DNA of 64,000 nucleotides. Origin: Giardia intestinalis. Its lineage: Eukaryota. The notes below the pieces were generated by a model. It was not told the DNA's origin. It did no database searches and saw only the letters and a program-made list of their open reading frames with translations. How positions within the stretch are numbered: the first letter of the stretch is position 1; each line of letters starts with the position of its first letter. This document shows positions 6,914 through 17,000 of the stretch, one piece after another. A program made the translations under genes and the position numbers. The DNA lies in NCBI GenBank assembly GCA_000002435.2, contig CM018792.1; one strand, written 5' to 3'.

Positions 6914-7579
6914 TTAATGGGCTTTCCCCTCTGCGCTCTCCTCGTCCGCGGCTATTAGAACTTGCTGGACATTTCGCTTCCCCATCTTAACTAAGAAAAA
7001 TGTCAATCCCAAAATTCCTGTTACAAGAGAAATTCCGGCCATTTTTTCAAATGTAGCTTTATCGGAGTCAAGGATGATTATCTTCCGTGCGACCGCAGTT
7101 ATCGCGACTAAAATGATTATTTCTACATGAGCATCTGATGTTTCTATGTGCACAGCCACGCTCTGCATCAGCTCAAGTCCAATGAGGACATAAAAGAATG
7201 AACTAAAAAGGCTTCCATACTGGGATGTCCCAAATATGAGATTTGGCGGTGTTGCAAAGCTGTTATACAGGGAGTACCCGCACTCTATAAGGGACGTCAA
7301 AATGAATATAGCTAACAACAGTGCCAAAATAACTATGACGTACTTTTCAAAGATGAGCATGGCGACAATGTACCGCTTCAAAAACTGGTTAGAACATGAT
7401 TCTCTCCGATTAGCTATCTCTGCTGACTCCTGTGCTATCGTCGGCTTTTGCTCCGGCATGTCCGCTGGCAAGAAAACGCCTCTATCGAGAGCGATAGACC
7501 GCCGCGTTGCAGAGGGCTGCATGGCTACAATACCAAAGTTAGCTTTACTGGGTACAGAGGCCAAGTTGTCGCCATTCAT
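6914..7579 (-). CDS. PsiE-like (phosphate-starvation-inducible E family) membrane protein
   Basis: ATG preceded by TTTAAAA. The C-terminal ~130 aa has 4 hydrophobic helices. The pattern FFYVLIGLELMQSV...HVEIIILVAITAVARKIIILD resembles the bacterial PsiE core (..YFEF..., ..IGITAIVRLIIVD) as I recall it. Confidence 0.55.
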   Translation of the reverse strand: MNGDNLASVPSKANFGIVAMQPSATRRSIALDRGVFLPADMPEQKPTIAQESAEIANRRESCSNQFLKRYIVAMLIFEKYVIVILALLLAIFILTSLIECGYSLYNSFATPPNLIFGTSQYGSLFSSFFYVLIGLELMQSVAVHIETSDAHVEIIILVAITAVARKIIILDSDKATFEKMAGISLVTGILGLTFFLVKMGKRNVQQVLIAADEESAEGKAH

Positions 7580-7624
7580 TTTTAAATCTTGACGGTGAAA
7601 CTTGTCTTGCTACAAGCAGAATGG

Positions 7625-9562
7625 TCAGCTTGGATACTTTTCATTGAGCTTCTTCTGTGCCTCCCACTCCTTCACCAACTTCTTGTATCGGCTTTTTGGT
7701 ATGGGCAAAGGATTACCGTCAGGCCCCGTCTCGGCCAAGTGAGTGGGAATCCCACGCTCATCAAAAGCTGAGAACTCCACGTTCTCTAGAAACATCTTCT
7801 CGGCTGGAATTAGGGCCTTTTCGCGCTCTAAACGCTGCTTCTCAAGCTTTTCCTGCTGCACCTTCTCTTGTTGAAGCCTTTTGGCTTCTGCTAAATCCAG
7901 TTCTCTTTGGCGTTGGACCTTCCACTCCTCAACGTTTATCGGCTTAATATAAGACTCCTTGTCTGCATCTTCGATAGCAAATCCTGTCAATGGTAGGTGC
8001 TCATCTCTGAGCCTGTCACACAACCCTAGAAGCATCTTCTTTAGAGTCTTGGTATCTGTCTCAGCAGTATTAGTGGTTGAGGCCATCAATAGATCCTTTA
8101 TTTCTCTCCTGAAGTTACAGACGACTCTAGCGACTTGCAAGGCGTTTTCTGCCGTTGAAGTTTCACCTCTTGCATACGAGAAACCCATAATTGAGAGGAC
8201 ATGTACAATTTTATCCCGTGCATTAGATAGGAGAAACGTGCTGACCTGCCTGCCTTCTGTCTGGCATGCAAAGATGTATGCCTTGCAGTTATCGATCAAC
8301 AACATCACATGACTCATAGCGGAAACAATGTTTATATCGTTGCGGAAGGCCGTATCCACGTTGGAGAGGAACTCTATGGTCTGCGCTTCAAGAGCCTCTT
8401 CCGTTGTACTGTATCTAAGGTTCTTGATTGGCTCAGAAAGCTCTTCCTCGTGCTGAATGATCTGGCGACAATTGGACAGGAAACTGGTGATTTTTTTGTC
8501 CTTGGCAACTGCAGCATCCATCATCGAGATGCTGTAATCCAGCGACGCGCTGTATGGAACCATGCAAAAAAGCATGCGAACTTGGTTTGCCGTAAAGATG
8601 CTAAGAATCTCACGCACGGTTTTAAAGTTCTTTTTAGACTTTGACATAACATCCCCTGCTATCTTCAAGTGCCCACTGTGCAGGAAGCATCCTATCATGT
8701 TCTTTTTCCCGGCCCAGGTCTCCAACTGGATCAGCTCATTGTCGTGGTGAGGGAATTGTAGGTCACAGCCACCCAAGTGGAGATCAAACGCCCCTCCAGT
8801 GTCCTTCCCTAACACAGCTGCCGCCATCGCGGAGCACTCTATGTGCCAGCCAGGCCGTCCGGGCAGGGTGATCAGTTCCGAGACAGCGCCATTTTTGTGG
8901 GAAAAGGTTGCATCCCACTTGGCATCCTCTGGTTCTGTTTCTTTCCATGCCTTCCAGAGTGCGAAATCTGAGGCTGAGCGCTTTTCTGAGACGCGATTCT
9001 TGCTGTCCATCCCATCTGCATTCTGGATCAGGAGCTGGAGCTCGTCAGAACTACTGCCCAGAGGCCGAAGCTTGGGATAGGAGTACCCAGCGCTGCGGGC
9101 TGCGGCCACGTCAAAGTAAACAGACCCCGCGCTCACATATGCAAATCCGTTGTCCATGATCTTCTGGATGAAGAGAATGATGTCGGCCATGTACTCGGTT
9201 ACGCGAGTGACCACTGTGAAGGGACGAACTGAGAGGGTGTGCATGTCGGAAAGGAACTCCTGCTCGTATTTACGGCAGATGTCGAAGATGGACGAGCCCC
9301 TCTCTACGGCGCGGGCGATGATCTTATCGTCGACGTCCGTGATGTTGCACTGGTAGCGAACGCGCAGCCCGAAGTAGTCCTCGAGGATGCGGCGGACGAC
9401 GTCGAAGGTGACGTATGTGCGCGCGTGGCCCAGGTGGGTCGAGTCGTAGACCGTGGGGCCGCAGATGTAGGCCAGGACTGTGCTGGGTGCGTGGGTCCTG
9501 AGCTCCTCGAGGCGCCCGGTGAGGCTGTTGGTGAGCCAGACGGAGGTCGGGAACGCGGCCAT
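7625..9562 (-). CDS. Cysteinyl-tRNA synthetase
   Basis: HIGH-type motif THLGHARTY, CysRS-typical [10 protein letters not shown], and a KMSKS-type motif VMSKSKKN. The length (645 aa) and the C-terminal Lys/Glu-rich extension are typical of eukaryotic enzymes. Confidence 0.93.
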   Translation of the reverse strand: MAAFPTSVWLTNSLTGRLEELRTHAPSTVLAYICGPTVYDSTHLGHARTYVTFDVVRRILEDYFGLRVRYQCNITDVDDKIIARAVERGSSIFDICRKYEQEFLSDMHTLSVRPFTVVTRVTEYMADIILFIQKIMDNGFAYVSAGSVYFDVAAARSAGYSYPKLRPLGSSSDELQLLIQNADGMDSKNRVSEKRSASDFALWKAWKETEPEDAKWDATFSHKNGAVSELITLPGRPGWHIECSAMAAAVLGKDTGGAFDLHLGGCDLQFPHHDNELIQLETWAGKKNMIGCFLHSGHLKIAGDVMSKSKKNFKTVREILSIFTANQVRMLFCMVPYSASLDYSISMMDAAVAKDKKITSFLSNCRQIIQHEEELSEPIKNLRYSTTEEALEAQTIEFLSNVDTAFRNDINIVSAMSHVMLLIDNCKAYIFACQTEGRQVSTFLLSNARDKIVHVLSIMGFSYARGETSTAENALQVARVVCNFRREIKDLLMASTTNTAETDTKTLKKMLLGLCDRLRDEHLPLTGFAIEDADKESYIKPINVEEWKVQRQRELDLAEAKRLQQEKVQQEKLEKQRLEREKALIPAEKMFLENVEFSAFDERGIPTHLAETGPDGNPLPIPKSRYKKLVKEWEAQKKLNEKYPS

Positions 9563-9583
9563 TTATCGGCGCCGGGCGGAGGC

Positions 9584-9588
9584 AAAAA
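9584..9588 (-). terminator. Pol III T5 terminator of tRNA-Cys
   Basis: Minus strand reads ..CAGGCCC TTTTT GCC. The first T doubles as the discriminator base. Confidence 0.7.
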
Positions 9589-9659
9589 GGGCCTGACCGG
9601 ATTTGAACCGATGACCACTCGGACTGCAGCCGAGCGCTCTACCCCTGAGCTACAGACCC
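9588..9659 (-). tRNA. tRNA-Cys(GCA): tRNA-Cys (anticodon GCA)
   Basis: Hand-folded 72-nt cloverleaf: acceptor GGGTCTG/CAGGCCC (one G-U pair), D arm GCTC-AGGGGTA-GAGC, anticodon arm CTCGG-CTGCAGT-CCGAG, variable loop TGGTC, T arm ATCGG-TTCAAAT-CCGGT, discriminator U73 as expected for Cys. A/B box sequences are present. Confidence 0.9.
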
Positions 9660-9722
9660 CTGCTGCGAGCCGGAAGGGATGAACATGCATCCTCGTGTAG
9701 CTTTGTGGCTCTTCCGAAAGCA

Positions 9723-10151
9723 ATGGCGTTCCAGACCCTCGACGCGATCAACGAGCTGGCCGCGCAGGCCGCCCGGGTGGCCGGTCCGGCGCAGCCCCCG
9801 CCGAAGGCCCCGCAGCTCGCAAGCCGGGCCTGCGACACCCCCGGGACGGCCGAGGAGACAGACAACGAGGACCTCGACGACGTCCCGGCCGGCGAGCTCG
9901 AATGCAAGGTGTACAGCGAGGAGCATCGGAAGGCCGTTCGGAAAGAGATACAGCGGACCATCAAGAGCGGGATCGTCATCACCATCATCAGCGTCGTCAT
10001 GGTCCTCGTCCTCACCTGGTTCATTGTAAGTAGATTCCCGCTGGTCCTGGTCATCGTCTGGGCCTCTATGACCGCCGTCCTCACGATCCTTGGTGTGGCT
10101 GCCTGGATATGGGTCTGTGCACGGTTCAAAAAGGCACGTGCAGAGACATAG
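9723..10151 (+). CDS. Small membrane protein, 142 aa, two C-terminal TM helices, hypothetical
   Basis: First ATG at 9723 (the track start at 9705 is GTG). Strong GC3 bias in the 5' half. TM segments: IVITIISVVMVLVLTWFIV and LVLVIVWASMTAVLTILGVAAWIWV. AGTAAAC lies 38 nt past the stop. Confidence 0.65.
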   Translation: MAFQTLDAINELAAQAARVAGPAQPPPKAPQLASRACDTPGTAEETDNEDLDDVPAGELECKVYSEEHRKAVRKEIQRTIKSGIVITIISVVMVLVLTWFIVSRFPLVLVIVWASMTAVLTILGVAAWIWVCARFKKARAET

Positions 10152-10188
10152 CCTGGCGCGCTCTTATGGAAATAGAAACAGTTCGGCA

Positions 10189-10195
10189 AGTAAAC
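10189..10195 (+). terminator. AGTAAAC poly(A) signal (Giardia AGTRAAY consensus)
   Basis: Exact match to the consensus downstream of the 9723-10151 stop. Confidence 0.55.
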
Positions 10196-10290
10196 AGTTG
10201 TTAGCAAGGCATGTATGTTCATGGTTCCATCGGGTAAACAGGGCATGTAGTGTACACGTTCTTAAAAGCTAATTCTCGAGTGCCTTGTTT

Positions 10291-11496
10291 ATGACCGAAT
10301 GCCTGGAGAGTAATGAATACTGTATTTGCACGCCAACAGCAGATAATAGCGTAGTTATATGTAAGTGCAAGGAGGGATATGTTAGTAGAGACAACCAGTG
10401 CTACAGCAAAGAATGTTATGACAGTCTCACAGACAGCTTTTGTGGAAACTTAGGCTTTGCTACATGCGATAATAGTGCACAGAAGTGTAACTGTGGCAAT
10501 ACAGGCCTTACTCTAATGTCCTTTCATGGGCGATGCGTAACAGAGAATTGTTTAATTGGAAAAGAGCCTAGCCGGACTGAGTGTTGGAATAGAGGGTACT
10601 GTCAAATTAACTTAGCTGGAGGGATATGTCGTTGTTACTCTGCATACTTAAACGACACTGGGTGTACTAAGTGCAATCCAGAAACATCCCTGGAGAAGAA
10701 GGTATCAAATGGAGTTGAGTGCATTCCAAAAACGTGCATGGATAAGGAGAATCCTAGCGTCGATCTTGTATGTAATAACATCGGAACGTGTACTCCCTTT
10801 GTCAACTCAGAGTCAACCATGCTGTACATATGTAAGTGCAATAGCCATGCTTTCAGTGTAGGAGACTCATGCTATCCAAAGGAGTGTGTGATTACAGACC
10901 CTCTTGTCTCCAACAGCCTCACTGTCTGCAACTCAAAGGGATCTTGCGATTTCAAAACAAGTAGATGCAACTGCATCGCACCTTACACAGGAAGATTCTG
11001 CCGGTCTTGCTTACCGGAATATATCCACCAATATATTGCAACCGAGAACGGCTTTCTCTTTCTCTGCGTCCACGAGAACTGCTGGGATGAGTCGCTTAAT
11101 ACGCACTGCAGTGGTCACGGGAACTGTACAATGGATGCCGTGTCTAAGGTCTATAAGTGCTCATGTGAGCAAGGATACAATCTTGTGAAGGGCACGTACA
11201 ACATTTGTGCGTCAAACACCGTCCGTAAGCGTAATCGGCAAGGCTACCTTCTGCTGTCTGACGTCTTGTTTGTCGCGCTCTTTGCCGTGGCCATTCTTGG
11301 AATAGGTGTATATCTCCTTGTGAAGCTTTTGTCTGAAAAGAAGGCCAAGCGAGACCATGAGCTTTACATCCATCAAGAGAAGATCACAATAGCAAGGAAT
11401 CTCCATAATGATTTGTCATCAGCTAAGCAGGCGTCTGCTCAATCTAGCGTCCTTTCCACTGCCGAGTACATAGCTTTTCAGCGAAGGTACATGTAG
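10291..11496 (+). CDS. EGF-like cysteine-rich type I membrane protein
   Basis: Dense, regularly spaced Cys (C-x-C, CxxC, KC..GY patterns). Single C-terminal TM YLLLSDVLFVALFAVAILGIGVYLLVKLL plus a cytoplasmic tail. First ATG at 10291 (track start is TTG). No obvious N-terminal signal peptide. Confidence 0.75.
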   Translation: MTECLESNEYCICTPTADNSVVICKCKEGYVSRDNQCYSKECYDSLTDSFCGNLGFATCDNSAQKCNCGNTGLTLMSFHGRCVTENCLIGKEPSRTECWNRGYCQINLAGGICRCYSAYLNDTGCTKCNPETSLEKKVSNGVECIPKTCMDKENPSVDLVCNNIGTCTPFVNSESTMLYICKCNSHAFSVGDSCYPKECVITDPLVSNSLTVCNSKGSCDFKTSRCNCIAPYTGRFCRSCLPEYIHQYIATENGFLFLCVHENCWDESLNTHCSGHGNCTMDAVSKVYKCSCEQGYNLVKGTYNICASNTVRKRNRQGYLLLSDVLFVALFAVAILGIGVYLLVKLLSEKKAKRDHELYIHQEKITIARNLHNDLSSAKQASAQSSVLSTAEYIAFQRRYM

Positions 11497-11636
11497 TGCT
11501 CACACTGTATGTCAGCACCTCTGTTAGGTTCTTCCTGTTTCAGTTTAGTTAGTAAATTAATATGCCTTCAGCGTCTGTACAGCTTGCACAGTGGATTTCT
11601 TATCCTTGGCCAAGTCTCAATTAAATCAATAAGCTC

Positions 11637-12743
11637 ATGGGCATAGTTGAGCAAATAGCTGAGGTAAAGACTGAGATGGCACGTACCCAAAAGAACAAGG
11701 CCACAGAGCATCATCTAGGACGCCTGAAGGCCAAGCTTGCGCGACTGGAGAGTCAGCTCATCAGCGAGGTCACAAAGAAATCTGGAGGAAAGGGGTCTGG
11801 ATTTGATGTTGTTAAGCAGGGACAAGCTAGAATTGCACTCGTTGGGTTCCCATCTGTGGGGAAAAGCACCTTTCTCACGCGGTATACCAACGCGGAGTCT
11901 GCATCAGCAGCCTATGAATTCACCACTCTTACCTGTGTTCCAGGCACGATGGAGATAAATGGAGCGCCAATACAGATTCTTGACCTCCCAGGAATCATCG
12001 AGGGGGCCGCCACGGGCCTAGGGAAAGGACGACAGGTGATTGCAACCGCTAGAACAGCAGACGCCATAATAATGATGCTTAGCGCATGCAACGCAGTCAA
12101 GGAGAGGCGGATCCTTACAAAGGAGCTAGAGTCTATGGGAATCCGTCTGAACAAACGCCGACCAAGCATTGAACTACGCCCAGCCTCAATGGGGGGTATA
12201 CAGGTGCTTTCGGACAATGTATTGACCGTCCTAGATCACGACACAATACGGGCCACTCTTGCAGAGTATAAAATCCACAACTGTCAGGTGCTTCTCCACT
12301 GCGATGCAACCGTCGATGACCTAATTGACGTAGTAGAGGGCAACAGAGTTTATATGCCGTGTATCTACGCTATCAACAAAATTGACATGGTAAGTATTCC
12401 CGCTGCCGAGTACTATGCAAAGCAGCCGGACACCGTTGTTATTTCAGCAGAGTGCGATCTCAATGTCGATTACCTGAAGCGAATTATCTGGCAGCGGCTG
12501 CAGTTAGTACGCATCTATACCAAGAAGCGGAACTGTCCGGCAGATCTTAGTCAAAAGGAAGCGGTTTTTCTCAAACAAGGAGATACAGTCGAGAAGCTTT
12601 GTGCAAATATTCACAATGATATGGTATCCAATTTTTCGTATGCAATGGTGTGGGGTAGAAGTGCCCAACACTGTCCTCAGCGAGTCGGAAAAGACCACAA
12701 GCTAGCCGACGAAGACGTTGTCCAGATAGTTTTGAGAAAATAG
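11637..12743 (+). CDS. Developmentally regulated GTP-binding protein (DRG/Rbg family)
   Basis: N-terminal MGIVEQI..KTEMARTQKNKATEHHLGRLKAKLA, G1 GFPSVGKSTFL, G3 DLPGIIEGA, G4 NKID, and a C-terminal TGS-like region. Confidence 0.93.
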   Translation: MGIVEQIAEVKTEMARTQKNKATEHHLGRLKAKLARLESQLISEVTKKSGGKGSGFDVVKQGQARIALVGFPSVGKSTFLTRYTNAESASAAYEFTTLTCVPGTMEINGAPIQILDLPGIIEGAATGLGKGRQVIATARTADAIIMMLSACNAVKERRILTKELESMGIRLNKRRPSIELRPASMGGIQVLSDNVLTVLDHDTIRATLAEYKIHNCQVLLHCDATVDDLIDVVEGNRVYMPCIYAINKIDMVSIPAAEYYAKQPDTVVISAECDLNVDYLKRIIWQRLQLVRIYTKKRNCPADLSQKEAVFLKQGDTVEKLCANIHNDMVSNFSYAMVWGRSAQHCPQRVGKDHKLADEDVVQIVLRK

Positions 12744-12801
12744 CATAAGCAGGATCAACCAGAACGCCCACGGCTCCCTTCTGCTCCTGGTGACGCACTA
12801 T

Positions 12802-13518
12802 TTACTGATGATACTCCGCATACAGAATATCCTCTATCTTCTTCACGACACTCTTAATGTAGAACGGAGAGTCTTCTGGCTCTGCAATCTCCACTTGTGT
12901 CATAAGTTCGTTCATTTGATCCATATATATCTCTATTTCATGCAACTTATCAAAGTAAAATTGTGACTCTAGCTGACCCTTTGCAATTTGACGACGTAAG
13001 TCCTCAAGCTCCTTAGAGTCAATTGAGGGCCCGGACGTGCTTGAGGCCTTGGGGTTCTGCATGGATGCAGCGGTGCTGCCTGACCTATTTCCTGGTTTTG
13101 ATGTTTTAGTAACAGCGTTGGCAGATCCAGATTCTGTAGCACCAGACTTGGATCCCTTGTAATTTTGGTCAAAGAACCACTTGAACCATTGGAAGAACTC
13201 GAAGTTGTCCATGTACTTCCCTGTGACTAGCTTATTGACGTCAATGCCCTTATCTATATTGTTACGACTCAAAACGTCCTGTATGATCTTAAAATTTTCT
13301 GACCTTTCCCACTCGTTGATAGCATTCATGCGAACACGATGCATGTTCACCTGTCCCGGATAAACAAGATTCAGGGCCATACAATAGTGGTGTCCCGATG
13401 CCAGGTCCTCAACTTTCTTGACAGGCTCATTAAGCAATTCTGATATCCACTTGAGCAAGGAGACGCGGCCTACAAAGTAGCAGTCAGACACATTTCCGGG
13501 TGCTTTTACCGGCGGCAT
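12802..13518 (-). CDS. EB1: Microtubule plus-end-binding protein EB1
   Basis: Calponin-homology N-terminus (..LLKWISELL..KVEDLASGHHYCMALNLVYPGQVNMHRV..FKIIQDV..VNKLVTGKYMDNFEFFQWFKWFF) and a C-terminal EB1 coiled coil (FYFDKLHEIEIY). 238 aa from the ATG at 13518 (track start is TTG). Confidence 0.93.
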   Translation of the reverse strand: MPPVKAPGNVSDCYFVGRVSLLKWISELLNEPVKKVEDLASGHHYCMALNLVYPGQVNMHRVRMNAINEWERSENFKIIQDVLSRNNIDKGIDVNKLVTGKYMDNFEFFQWFKWFFDQNYKGSKSGATESGSANAVTKTSKPGNRSGSTAASMQNPKASSTSGPSIDSKELEDLRRQIAKGQLESQFYFDKLHEIEIYMDQMNELMTQVEIAEPEDSPFYIKSVVKKIEDILYAEYHQ

Positions 13519-13576
13519 CAAGCGTGAATTTAAATTTTGAGCTTTTACTTACGTTTCTACCCAACTTAGCTCACGC

Positions 13577-14005
13577 ATGCAAGACACAAGGGCTATAATG
13601 GAAAGTATCACTCAGTTTGCTCTAGACTTGGAAGCCTTTTTTAGGCCCGAAGAGGAGCGCATTGTCACATGCTTTCATACGCCCATCAACGAAGACCATG
13701 ATTGTGGTACAGATGGCAGGGGATCACCTGCTACGTTGGCTGCAGCATTTCATGTACGCAAGAACTACTATGAAGACGGTATGATTTCGTCTTCTCCGTC
13801 TCCAGTCAGTGTCCATTCCTACCTGGAGGCGCACGATTGGAGCAGTGAAACTGACTCGCATGATGACAAGAGAGGTAGAGAGTATGACCAAGAGTCAGAG
13901 GACGGATCTACCGCCGGCACACTAGCCAGTGCGCACTCTTCTCTATTGCTGTCATCGCCAGTAACACCGGACAGGTCTGCTGGAAGTGACAGCGATGTAT
14001 GGTAG
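13577..14005 (+). CDS. Hypothetical acidic/Ser-rich protein, 142 aa
   Basis: An ORF that fills the gap between two well-supported genes. No family recognised. Start is uncertain (second ATG at codon 8). Confidence 0.4.
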   Translation: MQDTRAIMESITQFALDLEAFFRPEEERIVTCFHTPINEDHDCGTDGRGSPATLAAAFHVRKNYYEDGMISSSPSPVSVHSYLEAHDWSSETDSHDDKRGREYDQESEDGSTAGTLASAHSSLLLSSPVTPDRSAGSDSDVW

Positions 14006-14017
14006 TTTACAGCTGTG

Positions 14018-17000
14018 TTATTCTCCAAGCAATGCATCAAGCATATGCACAAGTGTCAAATTGTGAGCCAATAGAAACCCCCCATATGTCTGTTCAAGAG
14101 CGACCAAGATTTGTTTCTTACATTTCTCTGCGTCTTCCTTCGGCATATGTTCTCCCTCATTTATATCGTTAATATGCAGCCGTTTAAATGCTTTAATATA
14201 CACATTGCTGTTGTCTTCATCGCACATGGACATAACTTTATAAACAAACCGCTTGAAGAGTATGGGAGAAGCCGCTTTCAAAATGTCTGTGCAGCGCTCT
14301 ATCCCGAGAAGAACAAACTGCGCCTGTGTAGTCTCGAAGACCTTGATCAGTGAGTAGAACAAAATCACAATAAGTACCCACAGATGTGCATCTGCTTCTG
14401 AAGCTTCTTCTAGGCTTCTACTACTTAAGAAGGAAAGGAGATACGGAAACGACCTGCTCACCTTGGTACTATTTTGCCGTGTAGAAAACGATAGCGCCAC
14501 AATGAGTTGCATAAAGAGCTTCGTGATAAAAGATAGGGGTGACTGCTTAGAATTGATATTGACCGTCACAGAGTCAAGAAGCTTAGTGATTAATTTTCCA
14601 CAAATGAAGGCACAAAGCGTTGAAATCCTCTGCGTTGAATATAAAATGAGGGGTAGAAGAACTTGGTAGATGAGCTCATTGATGTCTGCCGCAGATAAGT
14701 TGAGAAGTAGCTTTAGGTCCTCAGTAGTAAAGAGTTCGATGCTTTCCAGCTGGTCGTTTGAGGAGTCCCCACACTCTCTAAATGCGTTCCAAACAGTTGT
14801 TAGAAAGACATTTGACGCAGGAGACAGTGCTTGCGGCGGCGGTGCCATGAAGTAAAGTCCCGAAAGGTAGCGGATGTGTGGCAAGTACGTGCACTGGGCC
14901 TTGTTAAAGGTACTATAAAGGCTTTCCAAGAGACCGATGTTCTCCGACGCCTTGGAGGCAAGAGTTGACATGAAGTACAGAAGCTCGTTAACGGTGGAAA
15001 CGACGAGCTCCGACGTTTGCTCATAGGTCGAGACATTCTTCAATAGTATGGCCCATTTCCAGAAGGCGCCACTAGGTAATGCCTGTAGAAGCGGCAAAAA
15101 CGTGTCTGGATTAAGCAAGTACGCCGCAAGTGGTTCTGGCATGGAGTAGGTACGTGGACCACAAAGCAGTGGGCATTCTCCTATGCTCTGTATGCATGTA
15201 TCCGCGAGCATACTGGGAGACTTTCCATTAAGAAGAGACTCCGCTAAGGGAGACATGTCTGCAACTTCAGCGTTTGCTGAAGCGTCCATAAGGTGGGTAA
15301 TAAGCTCTCTCAAGCAGTACATTGCTGGAAGAGACCCAAACTTCAAGGACCCCATAAGATTTGCAAGCAAATATTGACCGGAAAGATCACTCGATGTTTT
15401 GCTAATGGTCCAATCGACATGAATTGTTAATCTGACAGCAACAGAGACATAGTTGCGATAGTAGCTACGGAGCCATCCACTTTCCCGAGATAGGTGATGT
15501 CCCGATCTGGCTTGCTGATCTAAGGAGACGTCGTCTAAACACTCATCAGTAATAGATTGTATAATCAGCCAGGTATAAAACTCCTGGACAAGTGGATGTG
15601 ATGAGATAATAATGCCGCAGAGAAGAGAGCGAATATCCGCCAGCTCGAGACGGCGCTTAACATATTCATGCACAAGAATCAAAGAGGTGGCCGGCAGAGA
15701 AGCAATGCTTGACATGACGCCAGAACAGTTTGTCAGACAAAGAACACTGATCAAATACTGTTCGATGAAGGACTTGAGCGTCACATAGTAGAAATTCCTC
15801 TTGCACTCTATGCCCGATAAAGCAGCCAGAAAAGAAGGACATTGTTTCACCTTCCTCGCGCAAGCAGAAATGGATGACAGCTCCTCCATGATAGCAGAAT
15901 ATATCTCCCTTCTATGAGTGAACCCCATTGTGCTTAGCTTATCCCACGCGAGAGATAGGGCCTCCTGACAGTACGGGGCAAAGAACAGATTAGCAATGAT
16001 TTGACCGACAAACCGGTAATCAGATGAATTAATGCTCCCCTCTAAGGCATGAGAATAGGAGTCTAGCGTTGGAAACACAGCCTTGTCTATACAGCATAAC
16101 GAGAAAGACTGTTCATAAAGAGTTCTAAGTATCCCACAATCCATCAGCCATGGAACTGTTGCATGGGCAAGCTTGAAGTGATCACTAGGAATGATGTTAG
16201 CAAGAGAACCATCACCTAATAAAGCGTACATGAGCATGTTGGCCCCTTCAGTTTCATTATGTTTGAGTAATAAGTAGATAAAGTTCAGAAAAACAAACCT
16301 CATGTTGTTATGGGAAAGCCAATAGACAGGGAGGTCCAGTAGACAGCTTATTGAGTCGCCCAGGGTTTGATACTTGTGCTTGATGTTCTCGCTTTTCGTG
16401 GCGATTTCAGCTGCAAAAGGAGGCGCTTTAGTTGGAAGGTTGCAGGTTGATAAGGGAGTAGAAAAAGTATAGATGTCATACAGCTCGGCAAGGTATGTAG
16501 TAAGCTCCCTCTGAACAGACGCTTGCGAGACGCCTTTGCAGAGCTTGATGCAGATGTATTTAAGTAGCTTATCGCATAATATATTTGGGCTGTCTTCACA
16601 GTTGAAGCCAGCGGACAAGATAGTTCTAAGTGACATTGACTCTGAAGACGGAGGGTCTTCTCTAACAATAGTGAGCATGGTTAAGATCCGCAGAATAAGT
16701 TTCTCTGTAGATAAAATGGAACTAGAGCAGGGTAAATAAAAAGATATAATGTAGTGAAATAGCATGGTAGGAAATGTTATGTCTTCAGCCCACCGAGGGT
16801 CGAGAAAAAGAGTAATAAATCCTTTAGACAAGCAGAACCGTAGTACCCCCTGTTGAAGAAATATGCGCATAGTGAACTGCATGCTAATTGGAACGGTACT
16901 CATTACCGAATAGAAAAGTGCATTCTTAAGTGCTGCCAGAGCTCGGCTTTGCTCTTCAGAGTCTACTGTCCCAGAGGCCTCTGGAGCTAACAGAAGTGCA

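Noticed and set aside
10213-10280. Giardia-type intron (GTATGTT ... CTAAT-5nt-AG) that might supply a signal-peptide exon to the EGF-like gene
   Set aside because: Splicing 10212 to 10281 gives ..CAA GGC AT|T GCC.. The putative exon 1 has an in-frame TAG three codons upstream and no ATG. The branch/acceptor also deviates from the ACTAACACACAG consensus.
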